In this document: positions 27,536 to 35,936 of the stretch, one piece after another | Position numbering within the stretch: the first letter of the stretch is position 1 | Layout of the letters: each line of letters begins with the position of its first letter | Virus record (IMG/VR): IMGVR_UViG_3300009148_000002 | Span: 10,993 to 74,992 of that record | Origin: a virus | Lineage: Duplodnaviria; Caudoviricetes | DNA length: 64,000 nt | Direction: 5' to 3' (one strand) | Made by a program: the position numbers and the translations under genes | The notes under the pieces: model-generated | The model's database searches: none | What the model was told of the DNA's origin: nothing | Seen by the model: only the letters and a program-made list of their open reading frames with translations

Positions 27536-30052
27536 TTATTCCGTTTCTATTGGCAGATTGTTTTCGTCGTTGGTCGTTTCGTTATTCTCGTCCTGAAGTA
27601 AATTCGCTGAGGCGCAATAATCCCGCCAGAGAGTCCAATCACCGGCAAATCCAACCACCACATCGCCAGTCGGATCATTCGGCGTGCAGACGCCACTTCC
27701 CCATTTGGCTTGCATCGACTTCATAAATCGAGACGTGCTGGTGTACACCCAATAAAACTGGCTGCTGTGCGACACGAAAAGTCCGCTTGTGGCGTTGGTG
27801 AATTCGATCTCAGCCGTGGCGATGTGGCAGGCAATTTGATCGGCGGTCAACACTTCGTTCGGATTCACGTCCTCCGATAGCCCCCACACGTAGGCGCTTT
27901 CAAATGAGTAGAGCGTTCCGGTGTCACAACTTCCCGTCCACGGGCTTTGATCCGGCCCCGGCCCCGGTGGAATCGGAGCCGGCCCTGATCCTTCCGGGTC
28001 TTGGAACGTCGGCAGTGTCGCGCCAGTTTCTTCTTCAAATTCTTCCTGACACTCTTGCAAGAATTCTTCCTCGGTCACGTAACGCTCGCGATAAAACTGA
28101 TCGGGTGTGAATTGCTTCAGCGTGTAGTCCAACGCGCTGGCCATAACGAACACTTGGCCGGTGTCGCACGTCTCGCAGATGTCGCGGATGGTCAAGTCGC
28201 CGAGTTGAGCGCAGAGTGACTGCGGATGATGCGGCAGGTTCGGGTCTTCTTCTTCGTTGAATAAGTACAGTGGCGGGTTATCAAACTCGTCGTCGTAAGC
28301 GGCGTAAGGGATGCCCTCCTTGACGAAACTATCCGTGAAGAAATCGAAGTGGCAGACTTGGTGTTCGTGCAGGAAGTCGCGCACGTTTGGCCGCGTGTCG
28401 GATACGTAATTCGTGAACGCCGTAAACCCGTGATCCACCAGATGAGCCGAGGAATAGTAGAGGTTGTAAACCAGCGACATATTCGGGCACACGTTGTCGT
28501 CCGTAGGCCACGAGAACCAAAGCTCTTTGGTCAAATCATTAAATCCGCCGATGACTTGGTTGCAGTGGTTTTTGTTGACTGGTCCGAACGGATCAAGATG
28601 TGGAAAGTCGGAAAGGTGTTCTGATCCGATGCCTTTGAAGATTGCGGCGCTGGAGCGGTGCATCCATTCGAGACGTTGCGGCCTTGAATCGGTTAGCGTC
28701 ATGCTAAAGCAGCCTGCCTCGCTTAGATAGGCGTGCGCCTCACCCAAGTTCACCAAACTGTATTTGTATTTTAAGGCGTCTGATCCCGTGTAAAGCGTCA
28801 GTGAAGTGAAAAGCTTTGGATCGTCAACGAAGGATAGCTGGATAATTGAGCGGTTTGTGTAAATAAACAGATAGTCGCCCATCACTTCCAGCCTGAGAAT
28901 GTGTTGGCCTGATCCGAAATCTTGAAATCCTGCGGCGCTATTGTCTGCCGGAATCCACGACAACGGCCTATTGAAATCGCTCCACACCAACCTGTCGTTG
29001 TGCAGCTTCCCATCCTGCCACACCGATCCCATCCAAATAATACCCTTCCACTCCACAATGCACCCGGCGCGGTCGATGTTCAGCGCGGCCAGTTCAGGAA
29101 TCGGATTCGCAGCCCATAGATTGCAGCCTGTGTTCGGGCCGTCGAACTGCCAGAACAAAGGCCGGTCGAAATCGTTTACGAACAGGATGTAGTTGCCGAT
29201 GACTGCCGATGAAAACCGCGTGTCGGAACATTCGCATTTGCTGGTGGTCGAGCAGGCTGTGTCCGCAACCTCTCCGCCAAGTCCGTCGGCCAGCAATCGC
29301 CAGTTGCCGGTACGTTCGTTCAGCGCATAGATGCGAGTGGCTGTAGCCGCAATGAGCTTGCGAGCGCCTTGAAAGTTTTTGAACTCGCGCAGATGCGTGA
29401 TGGCTTCCCGGCATCCGCTGCGCGTGTATGGATACGTGCCGCAGTACAGATAGTCGTAGGAAAAATAGTCGGCGTGTTCCGGCACGGCATCGCCGTAAGG
29501 ATAGCCCTCGTCGATGACATCCGGTGCGTGGAACAGCGTGGCCACAGTGTAATGCGATCCGGGATAGTAGAATGGATAGCCAGTACCACATTCGTCGTCG
29601 TAATCAGGATCGCCAAACGCCCACGGATAACCCACATCAAAACTTGAGAAGTACGAATCCTCGCCAATCGTGACATCATTGATGTAGCCGCAGTGCTCCG
29701 TCTCGTCATTCGTGATGTAATCGTATCCCGGTGTCAGCCGATCCGGCACGAAGAACGGATACGAAAGCCCGGTCACTTCACCGCCGCCTGTGATGTTTTC
29801 CTCGAAGCTTTGGTAGTAAGTCTGGTAGCAAAGAAGCTGGTCGTGCAGGTCTTGGTTTTGGAAGCCATAGATGCTATCTGAGAAAAGCTTCTTCCAACCT
29901 CCAAACCGGCAGCGTTTGCCAGCCTCGTTCATGGACAGATTGAGAACGATTCGGAAGTTCTGATAACCGACTTGGCCGTTGATGGATCGAAGATCGAATA
30001 CCCCGCTTAGAGGCTCGATGTCGATGTCTTTGAAGCAGCCAAGTTTCTTCAA
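27536..30052 (-). CDS. tail stabilisation / nozzle protein (P22 gp10-like beta-propeller)
   Basis: N-term FRIVLN...RFGGW; RLVWSD...SW; DYLFIYTNRSI; ELWFSWP...LVYN. Confidence 0.7.
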   Translation of the reverse strand: MKKLGCFKDIDIEPLSGVFDLRSINGQVGYQNFRIVLNLSMNEAGKRCRFGGWKKLFSDSIYGFQNQDLHDQLLCYQTYYQSFEENITGGGEVTGLSYPFFVPDRLTPGYDYITNDETEHCGYINDVTIGEDSYFSSFDVGYPWAFGDPDYDDECGTGYPFYYPGSHYTVATLFHAPDVIDEGYPYGDAVPEHADYFSYDYLYCGTYPYTRSGCREAITHLREFKNFQGARKLIAATATRIYALNERTGNWRLLADGLGGEVADTACSTTSKCECSDTRFSSAVIGNYILFVNDFDRPLFWQFDGPNTGCNLWAANPIPELAALNIDRAGCIVEWKGIIWMGSVWQDGKLHNDRLVWSDFNRPLSWIPADNSAAGFQDFGSGQHILRLEVMGDYLFIYTNRSIIQLSFVDDPKLFTSLTLYTGSDALKYKYSLVNLGEAHAYLSEAGCFSMTLTDSRPQRLEWMHRSSAAIFKGIGSEHLSDFPHLDPFGPVNKNHCNQVIGGFNDLTKELWFSWPTDDNVCPNMSLVYNLYYSSAHLVDHGFTAFTNYVSDTRPNVRDFLHEHQVCHFDFFTDSFVKEGIPYAAYDDEFDNPPLYLFNEEEDPNLPHHPQSLCAQLGDLTIRDICETCDTGQVFVMASALDYTLKQFTPDQFYRERYVTEEEFLQECQEEFEEETGATLPTFQDPEGSGPAPIPPGPGPDQSPWTGSCDTGTLYSFESAYVWGLSEDVNPNEVLTADQIACHIATAEIEFTNATSGLFVSHSSQFYWVYTSTSRFMKSMQAKWGSGVCTPNDPTGDVVVGFAGDWTLWRDYCASANLLQDENNETTNDENNLPIETE

Positions 30053-30059
30053 TCGTTAA

Positions 30060-30677
30060 TCAGTTTGTGGTCACGGTTGCGCCCCGACCTTCGAGTGTGG
30101 CAACGTCAACGATGCCTTGGCCGGATGGTCCAGAGCTTGTTCCTCCTTGGATGTTAAGTGTCGATCCAGCACCCCATCCGCTTGAGACTAAATCAGACAA
30201 AATCTGATTTACGTGCGTCACCCCCAACGCAAGCCCCGACAAATTTATTGAAGGACAGGTCTGGAGTTTTGGAAGCCGCAATTTTATTAGGGCCGGCGCG
30301 TTGACTATTTGCAACGTGCCAGAGACGCTCGAAAGTTCTGGAAATTGAACATCGACAAGGAAATCGCTGTTTTTAACAACAATATCACTTGCGTCTTGAA
30401 GCCGCTGAAATGAAACAGATTGCAGTGCGTCGCCAATCACCGACACATAATTGTCTCCCGTCACACCAAGAAGGTTTGGCGCTGAGAACTTGATAAGTGT
30501 GCTGTTAATGTTGACATCCAGACCACCCTCGTCTTCCAAGAACACCAACTCAGTAAACTGAGCCGGCACATCGCCGTTGTAGAGCGCATACGTGACACAC
30601 GCCCGAAGCGTTGGCTCATCCGGCAAGCCGGACGCAATGTTTGGAATAATCGGATAACCGACAAATACTGGTTTCAT
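30060..30677 (-). CDS. tail-associated protein with L-domain/LRR-like repeats
   Basis: FPELSSVSGTLQI.NAPAL..L.LPKLQ repeats. Confidence 0.55.
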   Translation of the reverse strand: MKPVFVGYPIIPNIASGLPDEPTLRACVTYALYNGDVPAQFTELVFLEDEGGLDVNINSTLIKFSAPNLLGVTGDNYVSVIGDALQSVSFQRLQDASDIVVKNSDFLVDVQFPELSSVSGTLQIVNAPALIKLRLPKLQTCPSINLSGLALGVTHVNQILSDLVSSGWGAGSTLNIQGGTSSGPSGQGIVDVATLEGRGATVTTN

Positions 30678-30689
30678 ATAGTTCTTTCG

Positions 30690-31343
30690 TTATAGTGCTT
30701 TGATAAGCCATAATCCGCTCTTAAACGGCGGCATGTTGTTGTGCGGCTCGTCGCCACCGGCGCTGCCGATTGCAAGCGAACCATACAAAGGACCGCTTCC
30801 AAGAGTTCCGCCGTACAGCGTCGGCCCAGCCACGTCACCGCTGCCAGTGTCTTCGATCTTTTCCGGCGTTGGTGTGTGGGTGTGACTGGCCAACTGCGCT
30901 GCCGTCAGTGTGACGTTTTCCTCGCCGTCAGCCTCACCGACCGGATGCCCGGCGCTCGATCCAAGCAGGAATCGTCCTTGCAAATCTGGCACGTTGAACG
31001 TCGTGGTTCCGTTGCCCGACCCGAACGTAGTGCCGTACACGGAAAACAGCGATGCGTATGTCGTCCGGCTGACAGTTTGCCCGTTCGCAATCAGCCATCC
31101 GGTTGGCACGCTCGACACCGGACGCCATTCGATGTTGCCGACTGGAGTGCCGATGCCAGCACTGGTTAGAAAAGCGATGAACTCCGCGCTTGGGTTTCCG
31201 TTTGGATCGGCGAACCAGTTGCGGAATGCGCAGAATGCTTTCTGGCTGGCGTTTTGAGCGGCAAGAGTCTCACACACTTGTCCCGTGCCGCCTTCTGGTG
31301 GAAGCGTGTCACAAACGTTTAGAAATGATTCAGGGAGCGCCAT
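30690..31343 (-). CDS. phage tail collar domain protein
   Basis: PVG.I.W....VPTGWLIANGQTVSRTTYASLF.VYGTTFG.GNGTTTFNVPDLQGRF. Confidence 0.9.
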   Translation of the reverse strand: MALPESFLNVCDTLPPEGGTGQVCETLAAQNASQKAFCAFRNWFADPNGNPSAEFIAFLTSAGIGTPVGNIEWRPVSSVPTGWLIANGQTVSRTTYASLFSVYGTTFGSGNGTTTFNVPDLQGRFLLGSSAGHPVGEADGEENVTLTAAQLASHTHTPTPEKIEDTGSGDVAGPTLYGGTLGSGPLYGSLAIGSAGGDEPHNNMPPFKSGLWLIKAL

Positions 31344-31344
31344 A

Positions 31345-31869
31345 TCAAGATGCTTTCAGTTGTTGAACAAACGGGCACAGGTGATGGACGAAAGCCGTCT
31401 CAGTGTCTTTGACCTGCTGGTTTAGTTTTTGACTGAGGCGCGAGTTTGAAATCGCGTAGCGAATTGACCGAGCCAGAATATCCGGCACCATCAACTGCCG
31501 CTTGTCCAGAAAGTCAATCGCACCGGCTTTCAGCGCCCTTTCCTCGTCGCCCGACTCGATCAGTCCAGTGAACACTATGAATGGCCCGCCGTGTCCACGC
31601 TCAATGGCTCGCTGCACTAGCTCGATTCCGTCTCCGGGCTTTAACCGCACGTCCACGAGGTACACGTCATGGACTTTTTTCATAATGCGATCCAATCGGA
31701 AGTCTGGCTGCCATTCCATCTCGGCATTAAACTCCGCTTCCTGCAATCGGTCGCGCATCAAGACGCAATCGTTCTCGTCATCGTCCACAACTAGGGCACG
31801 CACGAACGACGGGTAACGAAAGAATGAAGCTCTCGTCACCTGATTCGCCATTTTGCAAAAGTCGTTCAT
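31345..31869 (-). CDS. stand-alone response regulator receiver (CheY-like)
   Basis: ALVVDDD acidic pocket, YLVD phosphoacceptor, LKPGDG, IVFTG, KAGAIDFLDK. Confidence 0.9.
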   Translation of the reverse strand: MNDFCKMANQVTRASFFRYPSFVRALVVDDDENDCVLMRDRLQEAEFNAEMEWQPDFRLDRIMKKVHDVYLVDVRLKPGDGIELVQRAIERGHGGPFIVFTGLIESGDEERALKAGAIDFLDKRQLMVPDILARSIRYAISNSRLSQKLNQQVKDTETAFVHHLCPFVQQLKAS

Positions 31870-32213
31870 TATTTGCCTTGACGATAGTTCAGCCAGAACT
31901 GGATTAAGTATCCGATGACGGTGATCCCGCCAATGATACCCGCGAGCTTCATGTTGAAATTCCCAAGGTGATTGGCGTTGGAGTCTGTTTTTTCAGAAAC
32001 GCGGGTCAATCGCTCCATGAATTCGCTGCGCATGTTATCCACCTGAGCGCGGAACAAATCCATTTCGCGCTTCATCTGACGATGTTGCTCGAAGAAGCCT
32101 GGCTCGTCAGGTTTTGAGTTGTCTCCCATGAGAGCTTTCCAAACGTCCTTCATCGAACTGGTCATCTGATTCAGTTCTTCCTCGATGCGTTGCTTTTCCT
32201 TGTCTGTGCCCAT
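31869..32213 (-). CDS. coiled-coil protein with C-terminal TM helix (holin/XhlA-like candidate)
   Basis: Coiled coil then LAGIIGGITVIGYLIQFWL; ATG 32213 preferred. Confidence 0.55.
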   Translation of the reverse strand: MGTDKEKQRIEEELNQMTSSMKDVWKALMGDNSKPDEPGFFEQHRQMKREMDLFRAQVDNMRSEFMERLTRVSEKTDSNANHLGNFNMKLAGIIGGITVIGYLIQFWLNYRQGK

Positions 32214-32215
32214 AA

Positions 32216-32989
32216 TTAACAAGTGAAACAGGGTTGAGGACGCGGCATCCGAAGCTCTCGCTCCGCCAGCCACATCATGTCCGCCACTTTGATTTGATAG
32301 AGTCCAGGATTGTTCATGCTCTCGTTGTAAAACTTCTCAGCTTTTTCCTTGTCGCAATCCTCGCGCAACGCAGCCATGCCGATCAGGTAATACTCAACGG
32401 CCTGCTGCACGCTCCTGTCATCCGTGACTATATCGGTATCGGAATACTCACGCTTGATGCCGTCCCATTCCACAAAGAGCGATTCATCGGATTGCAAATG
32501 CGGCACAACCCAAAATTGCTGTCGGTGCAGCGTCACGCTACCAGAGTCCGCTCGGCAGGTTTTGTCGATGGTCGCGTCGGGCGTTTCGTCGCAGTAGCCG
32601 AGATCGGAATAGGCGTAGTATTCATCTCCGTAAAAGTAAGTGCCAGTCGGATGCTCGATGTCGCACTGCTCTATCTCCTGCAACTGACAGTCGATTTCGT
32701 CCTTGGTGACAGGATCGTAGTAAACCTTCGCGCAACAGGCGTCAGAGGTTTCCGTCCAGATGCGTTGGATGAAACCGCGTGGTGCTGTGAACAGACTCGC
32801 GCCGCAGTGGAAATGGCTCTCGCTCGCCGGCATCGAATCCAAGTGATTGACCTGAAGGTTTTTCACCTTCATCTGCAAATCAATCAGCGCGTCCACCACG
32901 AAGTTTCGATGGTTGGCCAATAGGTTCTCGGCTTCACCATCTGGAAAAGCGGCGCGTCGGACGTTGGATAGAAAGGCGGCGAATGTCAC
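32216..32989 (-). CDS. head-tail adaptor / tail tubular protein A-like
   Basis: Position between capsid and tail genes; MTFAAF...V start and AVEYYLIGMA helix typical of adaptors. Confidence 0.55.
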   Translation of the reverse strand: MTFAAFLSNVRRAAFPDGEAENLLANHRNFVVDALIDLQMKVKNLQVNHLDSMPASESHFHCGASLFTAPRGFIQRIWTETSDACCAKVYYDPVTKDEIDCQLQEIEQCDIEHPTGTYFYGDEYYAYSDLGYCDETPDATIDKTCRADSGSVTLHRQQFWVVPHLQSDESLFVEWDGIKREYSDTDIVTDDRSVQQAVEYYLIGMAALREDCDKEKAEKFYNESMNNPGLYQIKVADMMWLAERELRMPRPQPCFTC

Positions 32990-33165
32990 GCGGGCTTCAC
33001 TTGCTGAAGCTGGCGAATCGCAGCTTCAATGTTGTCGGCCTCTTTAGTTATCTGTGGCGTCTTGGGATAATCCTCTTTGCCAACGATGTCGAAATAGCGG
33101 CGTTTGAGGGATTGAATCACGATGTCGTCGCCAACTGGAAAGCTAGATGGAGTGGTTGCGTTCAT
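32986..33165 (-). CDS. hypothetical 59-aa protein (below track cutoff)
   Basis: MNATTPSSFPVGDDIV...QLQQVKPA; ATGA and GTGA overlaps with both neighbours. Confidence 0.55.
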   Translation of the reverse strand: MNATTPSSFPVGDDIVIQSLKRRYFDIVGKEDYPKTPQITKEADNIEAAIRQLQQVKPA

Positions 33166-33617
33166 TTAGATACAGGCGTGGGTGAACCGAGCTTGGGAAA
33201 CCGGCTGACAACTTCGATGGGATCAGGACGCGGAACTGCGGTGATCTGGCCGGACGGCGATTTGAGCAGGACTTTATTTCCATCCGCCGCAACAGCCCCC
33301 GCCGATTGCGAAGGGTGATTTCGCAGCATTCCGAGCGTTTGTGCGCTCAGATTCTCTCGACCGTTGGATGAGTGTGGCTGCGACTGCCACTCTTTTTTTT
33401 TAGCCTGAAACTCGGTGTACTCAGCTTCGTTTGACACACGCACGCCGCCGACACGCCGACGAATGGCGTTCTCGCACTGCTCTATAATGAAGGCGTCCTC
33501 AGTCTTGATGAATCCGAAATCATTCGGATCGGTCATCTCAAAAACCAATGCTTTGCCGTTGGGAAGATTGAGACGGTTGTTCGGAATTTCTTTCTTGTAA
33601 TAACGGGCTTCTGACAT
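33162..33617 (-). CDS. hypothetical capsid-adjacent protein
   Basis: 151 aa with own promoter. Confidence 0.6.
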   Translation of the reverse strand: MSEARYYKKEIPNNRLNLPNGKALVFEMTDPNDFGFIKTEDAFIIEQCENAIRRRVGGVRVSNEAEYTEFQAKKKEWQSQPHSSNGRENLSAQTLGMLRNHPSQSAGAVAADGNKVLLKSPSGQITAVPRPDPIEVVSRFPKLGSPTPVSK

Positions 33618-33623
33618 TGGGCA

Positions 33624-33652
33624 AGATTAACTTGCCTAATGTTAGGTATCAA
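33624..33652 (-). promoter_or_regulatory. leaderless sigma70-like promoter with palindromic spacer element
   Basis: TTGATA-17-TAATCT-6 nt-ATG; spacer contains CCTAACATTAGGCAA. Confidence 0.6.
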
Positions 33653-34113
33653 GAAGTTTTACTGTCTGGAACGCGGTGCCCAATGTTAAACAAAACGATT
33701 GACTTGAGCGGGTCGTCCATCTCTGGACTAACGCAAAGAATGCACTGCCCTGTAAACGGAGAAAATTGAGATGTCACGCAATCAGACGAACGGGCAGTGA
33801 TTACTAGAGCGCCATCTCCCATCGGAACGTGGTATTTATCGAACCCGCATAGGTAGAACGGATCGGATGGCTGGACTGGCTTTAAGTCGAGCAACGCTCC
33901 AAACGTGTGTTTGTAATACTCGATCATGCCATCGGCGAAAAGCGGCTTGAACTCTGGCGACATAATCAATTCAACTGGCAGATTGTCACTGCGAAGCCTT
34001 TGAATTCTCCAAAGCTCCGGCAGGAAATAATCGAGGTTGAGCGTGTTTCCACGTAGGTCAAAAACTCTGCCAGCCTTCTCCAGAACATCGGAAGCGTATT
34101 TGAGTAGGCTCAT
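33649..34113 (-). CDS. diverged partial paralog of the major capsid C-terminal region
   Basis: EKAGRVFDLRGNTLNL vs capsid AECGRVFDLQGNTLNL, plus further collinear similarity; ATG 34113 lies downstream of the capsid terminator. Confidence 0.65.
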   Translation of the reverse strand: MSLLKYASDVLEKAGRVFDLRGNTLNLDYFLPELWRIQRLRSDNLPVELIMSPEFKPLFADGMIEYYKHTFGALLDLKPVQPSDPFYLCGFDKYHVPMGDGALVITARSSDCVTSQFSPFTGQCILCVSPEMDDPLKSIVLFNIGHRVPDSKTS

Positions 34114-34146
34114 TGCCAATTCATAGTTGACACCGAACTCAATGTC

Positions 34147-34185
34147 AAAAAGAAAACCGCCAGCCCTATGACAAGCTGGCGGTTT
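34147..34185 (-). terminator. intrinsic terminator after major capsid gene
   Basis: AAACCGCCAGC/GCTGGCGGTTT stem then TTTTCTTTTT on minus strand. Confidence 0.85.
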
Positions 34186-34207
34186 CGCGAGAGGACTGGC
34201 AGGAAAA

Positions 34208-35881
34208 TTAGACTGCCGTGTAGTAATCGTCGTAGCTGCCGGATTTGCCGGTGTGGTCCGGCACTTCATCATTGAAGCCTTCCAAGATGACGGAGTTGGC
34301 CGGGCATTCCACTATGGCCGTCCACGTCACCGAGTTCATCTGGACGGTTTGAATCGCATTCTTCATCACGCACGCCCATCCGGTGCTGATCTTCGACAGG
34401 TCTTTGATGTCGCCCGTTCGGCTCTCCACGCGGTTGGAGTCAATCAGCCCAAGATACATCGTGTTGAAGTCGAGGAACCACAGGACGTTGCCGGCTCGGT
34501 CCACGCCGCCCGCCTGCGCGGTCGCCTTCATGTCGTCGAAGAAGTGATGAGTGACGACGTTGAGCGTCACACCAGCCGGATTGATGAGATGATAGCGGTC
34601 GTAGGTGAATCCGAGATCGCCCTTGAGGGCGAATTCGGTGTTCATCCGCATTGTGTCGATGGATTCGTTCTTGAAGTAAGCGATGAACGCCCGCTGCAAG
34701 TTCGCCCGCGTGGTGCGGTCGGTGAACACGTCGATGGTTTCGCCATTGCCGCCGTTGTCCGAACGCGACCGGCTCAGTGAGTAGATCAGTTCAAACAATT
34801 CGTGCAGGTTGAGCGTGTTGCCTTGCAGGTCGAATACGCGACCGCATTCGGCCAACTGCTCGTACCAGCCGATTGCGTTGGCGCGTTTGCCAACGCAGCG
34901 GCCTTCGTTCGGCAGATACAAGTCGCCGGACGACGCCGTTTCGATGTTGTCGAGCGAACGATACAGATTGAGGGTTTGATTGCTGGAAATCCGCTTGTTC
35001 CAGAACAACGCTTCCATCTGAGTGCGCTGGAAATCTGTGTAGATTTGCGCGTTGAGCTTGGCGAGCGGGATGTCGCCGAACTTGGCAAAGAACGCATTGC
35101 TCTTTTGCAGGTCGGCGAAGTATCCGCCATAAAACTCATCCCAACAGGTCGTGTAGCGGCTGGTTTGAATGTAGAACGGAACGGATTTAAGTCCGTTCAA
35201 TCCCGGAATCTGTTCGCAGAACGAGTCAAAATCACTGACGTTGTTCGCGCCGCGAGTCATAAACCCTTCCGTCGGGTTTTCCACCTTGGCCGCAGCCGTG
35301 AAGCTGCTGTTCATGGCAGCCAGCGAGAGCCGGACGCGAGCGCCCACAACCTCTGCTCCAAGCACACGATACATCGTGCGCGTCACGCTACCACCAGAAC
35401 TCACGCCGTTCGCAAACACGACCGTCTTGGTGTTGAACCAGCGGATGTCAAGCGGAATGCCCTGATTCGAGTAAGCGTCAACCTGCCAATCGGGCGTGCC
35501 GCCCGGATCAGACCCATTATCGAACAGCCAATAGTTCGTGTTGATGACGGATTGCTGGTCGGCCATGATGAACGGCTCCACGTTGAACTTCGTCTGGAAA
35601 TCGTCCATCGGCAGCTTGCGCAAGCTCTTGGTCTTGACGCGGCTGTTGGCCATGAGGAATTCCCACAGGCCGTTGACGCGCGTACCGCACGCCTTCAACT
35701 CGAATTGCGAAACGAGCAACGACTGCATGTTGCGAAAATCGCCGTCATCGTTGGTGAAGATGTCGGCGAGCGTGTCCGCTGTTGCCGTTGCGATGTTACA
35801 GGCTGTGACGGTGCCACAGCGCTTGATGTCAGTCCCGATTGCCGGGACGCACTTCTCAAATAGGTTGGTTGCAATTGCCAT
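34208..35881 (-). CDS. major capsid protein
   Basis: 557 aa after portal and scaffold, followed by a strong terminator; ALFWNKR and GWYEQL motifs fit HK97-fold capsids (assignment mainly positional). Confidence 0.75.
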   Translation of the reverse strand: MAIATNLFEKCVPAIGTDIKRCGTVTACNIATATADTLADIFTNDDGDFRNMQSLLVSQFELKACGTRVNGLWEFLMANSRVKTKSLRKLPMDDFQTKFNVEPFIMADQQSVINTNYWLFDNGSDPGGTPDWQVDAYSNQGIPLDIRWFNTKTVVFANGVSSGGSVTRTMYRVLGAEVVGARVRLSLAAMNSSFTAAAKVENPTEGFMTRGANNVSDFDSFCEQIPGLNGLKSVPFYIQTSRYTTCWDEFYGGYFADLQKSNAFFAKFGDIPLAKLNAQIYTDFQRTQMEALFWNKRISSNQTLNLYRSLDNIETASSGDLYLPNEGRCVGKRANAIGWYEQLAECGRVFDLQGNTLNLHELFELIYSLSRSRSDNGGNGETIDVFTDRTTRANLQRAFIAYFKNESIDTMRMNTEFALKGDLGFTYDRYHLINPAGVTLNVVTHHFFDDMKATAQAGGVDRAGNVLWFLDFNTMYLGLIDSNRVESRTGDIKDLSKISTGWACVMKNAIQTVQMNSVTWTAIVECPANSVILEGFNDEVPDHTGKSGSYDDYYTAV

Positions 35882-35936
35882 AATGTTGTTCGTGCGCGGC
35901 TGACTTCATATCAGCTTTTCTAATGAACAACATTAT
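35880..35936 (-). promoter_or_regulatory. stem joining scaffold stop to capsid start
   Basis: Perfect 12-bp inverted repeat ATAATGTTGTTC / GAACAACATTAT plus inner GCTGA/TCAGC hairpin. Confidence 0.6.

Noticed and set aside
27520-27545. Programmed -1 frameshift fusing the tail stabilisation protein to the spike
   Set aside because: Frames would allow it (TAA AT ATG) but no X XXY YYZ slippery site or downstream structure was seen.
34114-34272. Extension of ORF 33649-34272
   Set aside because: Runs through the capsid terminator and capsid C-terminus; ATG 34113 preferred.
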